This document shows, in pieces, positions 61,864-64,000 of a stretch of DNA of 64,000 bases. The notes beneath the pieces were generated by a model. It did no database searches. It was not told the DNA's origin and was given only the letters and a program-made list of their open reading frames with translations. Source of the DNA: Camelus ferus (taxonomy: Eukaryota); the NCBI RefSeq assembly GCF_009834535.1, contig NC_045707.1:46440001-46504000 (forward strand). The letters are read 5' to 3'. Every line of letters begins with the position of its first letter. Within the stretch, counting starts at the first letter, position 1. The translations under genes were made by a program, and so were the position numbers.

Positions 61864-62739
61864 CTGAGGGAGAAGAAAAGAGCATTTTGACGGCTTCATC
61901 AATGAATCTGAGCTCTGGGATTGAAGAGCTTAGTGACCTGCACAACAGAACCCCTCTGTGCCTCTGTTTTCTCCTCTGTAAAATGGGGTAACAGTACTAC
62001 CTTCCTCACAGGGCTGAATTAGCCCTAAATTAAATGAGAGGAAGTTTCACTAAATTAAAGGAGACTCTGTGCAAAATGCTCACAAATCCATATAAAAGAG
62101 CTCTCAACAAATGCTAATGTGATTAATAATATTATTAGTAATAATGAAAGTAGAATAATTAGAAATAATGAAAGAGGTCACACAGTGGGAAAAAAAAGGG
62201 TACTCAGACAGAAGCAAGCTAGAGAAAGGGAAGACTCTCCACCATCGGGCCTGGGTGTCCATCAAGGCATCAAGGAAACTCCAGGAAGAGGGGAGCCGGT
62301 CCCTCAGCCAGGCTGGCTGCAGGCTGAATCACTCTGTGCTGGGGAACCTCCCGCGGTGCTTTAGCAGAAATCACCAACCACAAAGAGGAAAAGGCTTTGC
62401 AGGCCTAACAGGAAACAGGGGAAACAAAAGTAAAAAGGACAACACGGGGCCCATGAAAGGAAGAGCGTGAAGATGGGAACCAATGCAGAGTGCGGCCCCT
62501 TTACTGGCTTCCTTAAAACAAACAACCCGGCATGAATATCGCCATGTTGTTCAGGTCGGCAGAGAGCGGGGCAGAGAAAGCTGCTGGGGAAGGGAGGCTG
62601 ACAAGTGTTCTAAGGAAGAGTAGCTACAACTTGTGAACAGAAATCTGCCTAGTAGGGAGTGTTCCTCTTTGCCCTTTCCTGTCTAACACTGGAATTTTCA
62701 AAAGGGGGCAGGAAGAAGCGACAGGTGGGAAAATCTGAC

Positions 62740-63930
62740 GCAAAGCACTGAGATGTGGACCAGCCAAACCTCCCCTCCCAACACCTTTCCAAACTACTGC
62801 CCTGAATCTCTTGTTTACATCTCACCTGACACGAAGAAAACCACGAAACCCACTGCCTCTCCCTGCTCAGCAGCCATAACCCTAGCAGGCTGGCTTTCGA
62901 CTAAGGATGCCTTCCAGAAAGATGACTGGTGATGGGGTCACCCTAACCCCAGTGCTCTCAACCCTCTAAATTTCTGCTCTAGTGACCAGCTACCACTGTT
63001 GAAAATACTCTTCTCCTCTAGTTTCCAGCAGCTTCTTGGCCACCTTCATTGGCCATCGTATTTTTTTTCACTTCTTAAAATGAAGCTCTTCTACAAGATT
63101 CCATCCTAGGCACTCTTCCCTTCTTCCTTCGCGCCCTCTCTCCCACAATGTCACCTCCCACTAATGACAATGCTACAGAGATAACCCGTCATGCCCAGCT
63201 CTACTATCTCCCCACACTCTGGACCTGCCATTCCGACCACGGCCCAGGACCGCTCAGCCCGGAGGACCTGCTGACGCAGGCACCCGGACGTGTGTGAGAT
63301 GTCAGCAGGTCTTCCTGGTCTTTTTTAAGCTACTGCTTCTTTGTATGGTCCTGTGTACCGTTTCCAAGATAATCATAAAAATACCTATACTCGTGTCACC
63401 CCCTGCTCACAGTGAAGATCTTTATCTTCAGCAGCTCCGTACTGCCTACAGAATTAAGGGCAAAGTTTCCAGTCTGATACTCTCTTATGGCCCAACATGG
63501 TTTTCCAGGAATCCCTCTGGCTTGTTCCTGACCCATCTCTGGGTTCCATCAGGGCTCACTGATGTTCCCACCTGGGGCCTGTGAGTAACTTGTCATCCTC
63601 AGCACCCAAAATCGCCTCCCTGCTTCCACTCGTCCAAGTCCCACCCGTCTGGCTCCACGCCACACACTTGCTTAAATCCAACCGGATTGAATTCCTCTTT
63701 CATGTGGAAACACCTAGTGCCTTCTCGGACTTAGCGTGTCTGAGCTGGAAGGGAATCAGAGGACTTAGAACCTCATGACATTCTGTGCTCTCAACTTTCA
63801 ATCCCAGTGTAGATTAGCCATCTCCCTCCATGCAGGCAATGTGAGTCTCTCATTTCTCTTCTGCCCCTGCAGCCAGCAAAGTGTTTTGCCCACAGCAGGT
63901 GCTCAATAAATTCTACTTGATTTAGGGACA
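62740..63930. mobile_element. Degenerate L2 LINE
   Basis: Pyrimidine-rich L2-type text ending in cacagcaggtgctcaataaat. Boundaries approximate. Confidence 0.55.
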
Positions 63931-64000
63931 GTTTTGGGGAGGGAGAGCAAGTCTACTCACAAGTACAGGCAATACCTCTGGTCAGAGGGTCAGTCTATAT

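Noticed and set aside
61252..61902. 216-aa ORF as a standalone or single-exon gene
   Set aside because: It is PLXNC1 exon 13, stop-free intron 13, exon 14 and read-through past the donor. Splice sites explain it.

Overview
Mammalian genomic DNA containing the tail-to-tail 3' ends of two genes. On the + strand are the last three coding exons of CEP83 (3618-6518, ending ...LEELGSPGE*). On the - strand are the last 19 coding exons of PLXNC1 (plexin C1, 61863 down to the stop at 10071). They encode the membrane-proximal ectodomain, the transmembrane helix and the whole cytoplasmic GAP/RBD region, followed by a ~2.4 kb 3'UTR. I checked all exon boundaries by hand for GT-AG and reading-frame phase. 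Exon numbers 13-31 assume the 31-exon human structure. Introns contain LINE-1, L2, MIR, MaLR, hAT and one ERV1-type remnant; repeat family names are recognised from memory and their boundaries are approximate. The repeat content suggests a cetartiodactyl, probably a camelid (inference). I found no convincing novel biological system. The strongest anomaly is a +1 frameshift in PLXNC1 exon 14, just upstream of the transmembrane exon, which could be an assembly error. Other leads are an in-frame Kozak ATG upstream of exon 16 that could give a cytoplasm-only isoform, an L1 insertion that duplicated the exon-20 splice-acceptor region, a sense-oriented LTR in intron 28, and an inverted, RT-deleted L1.
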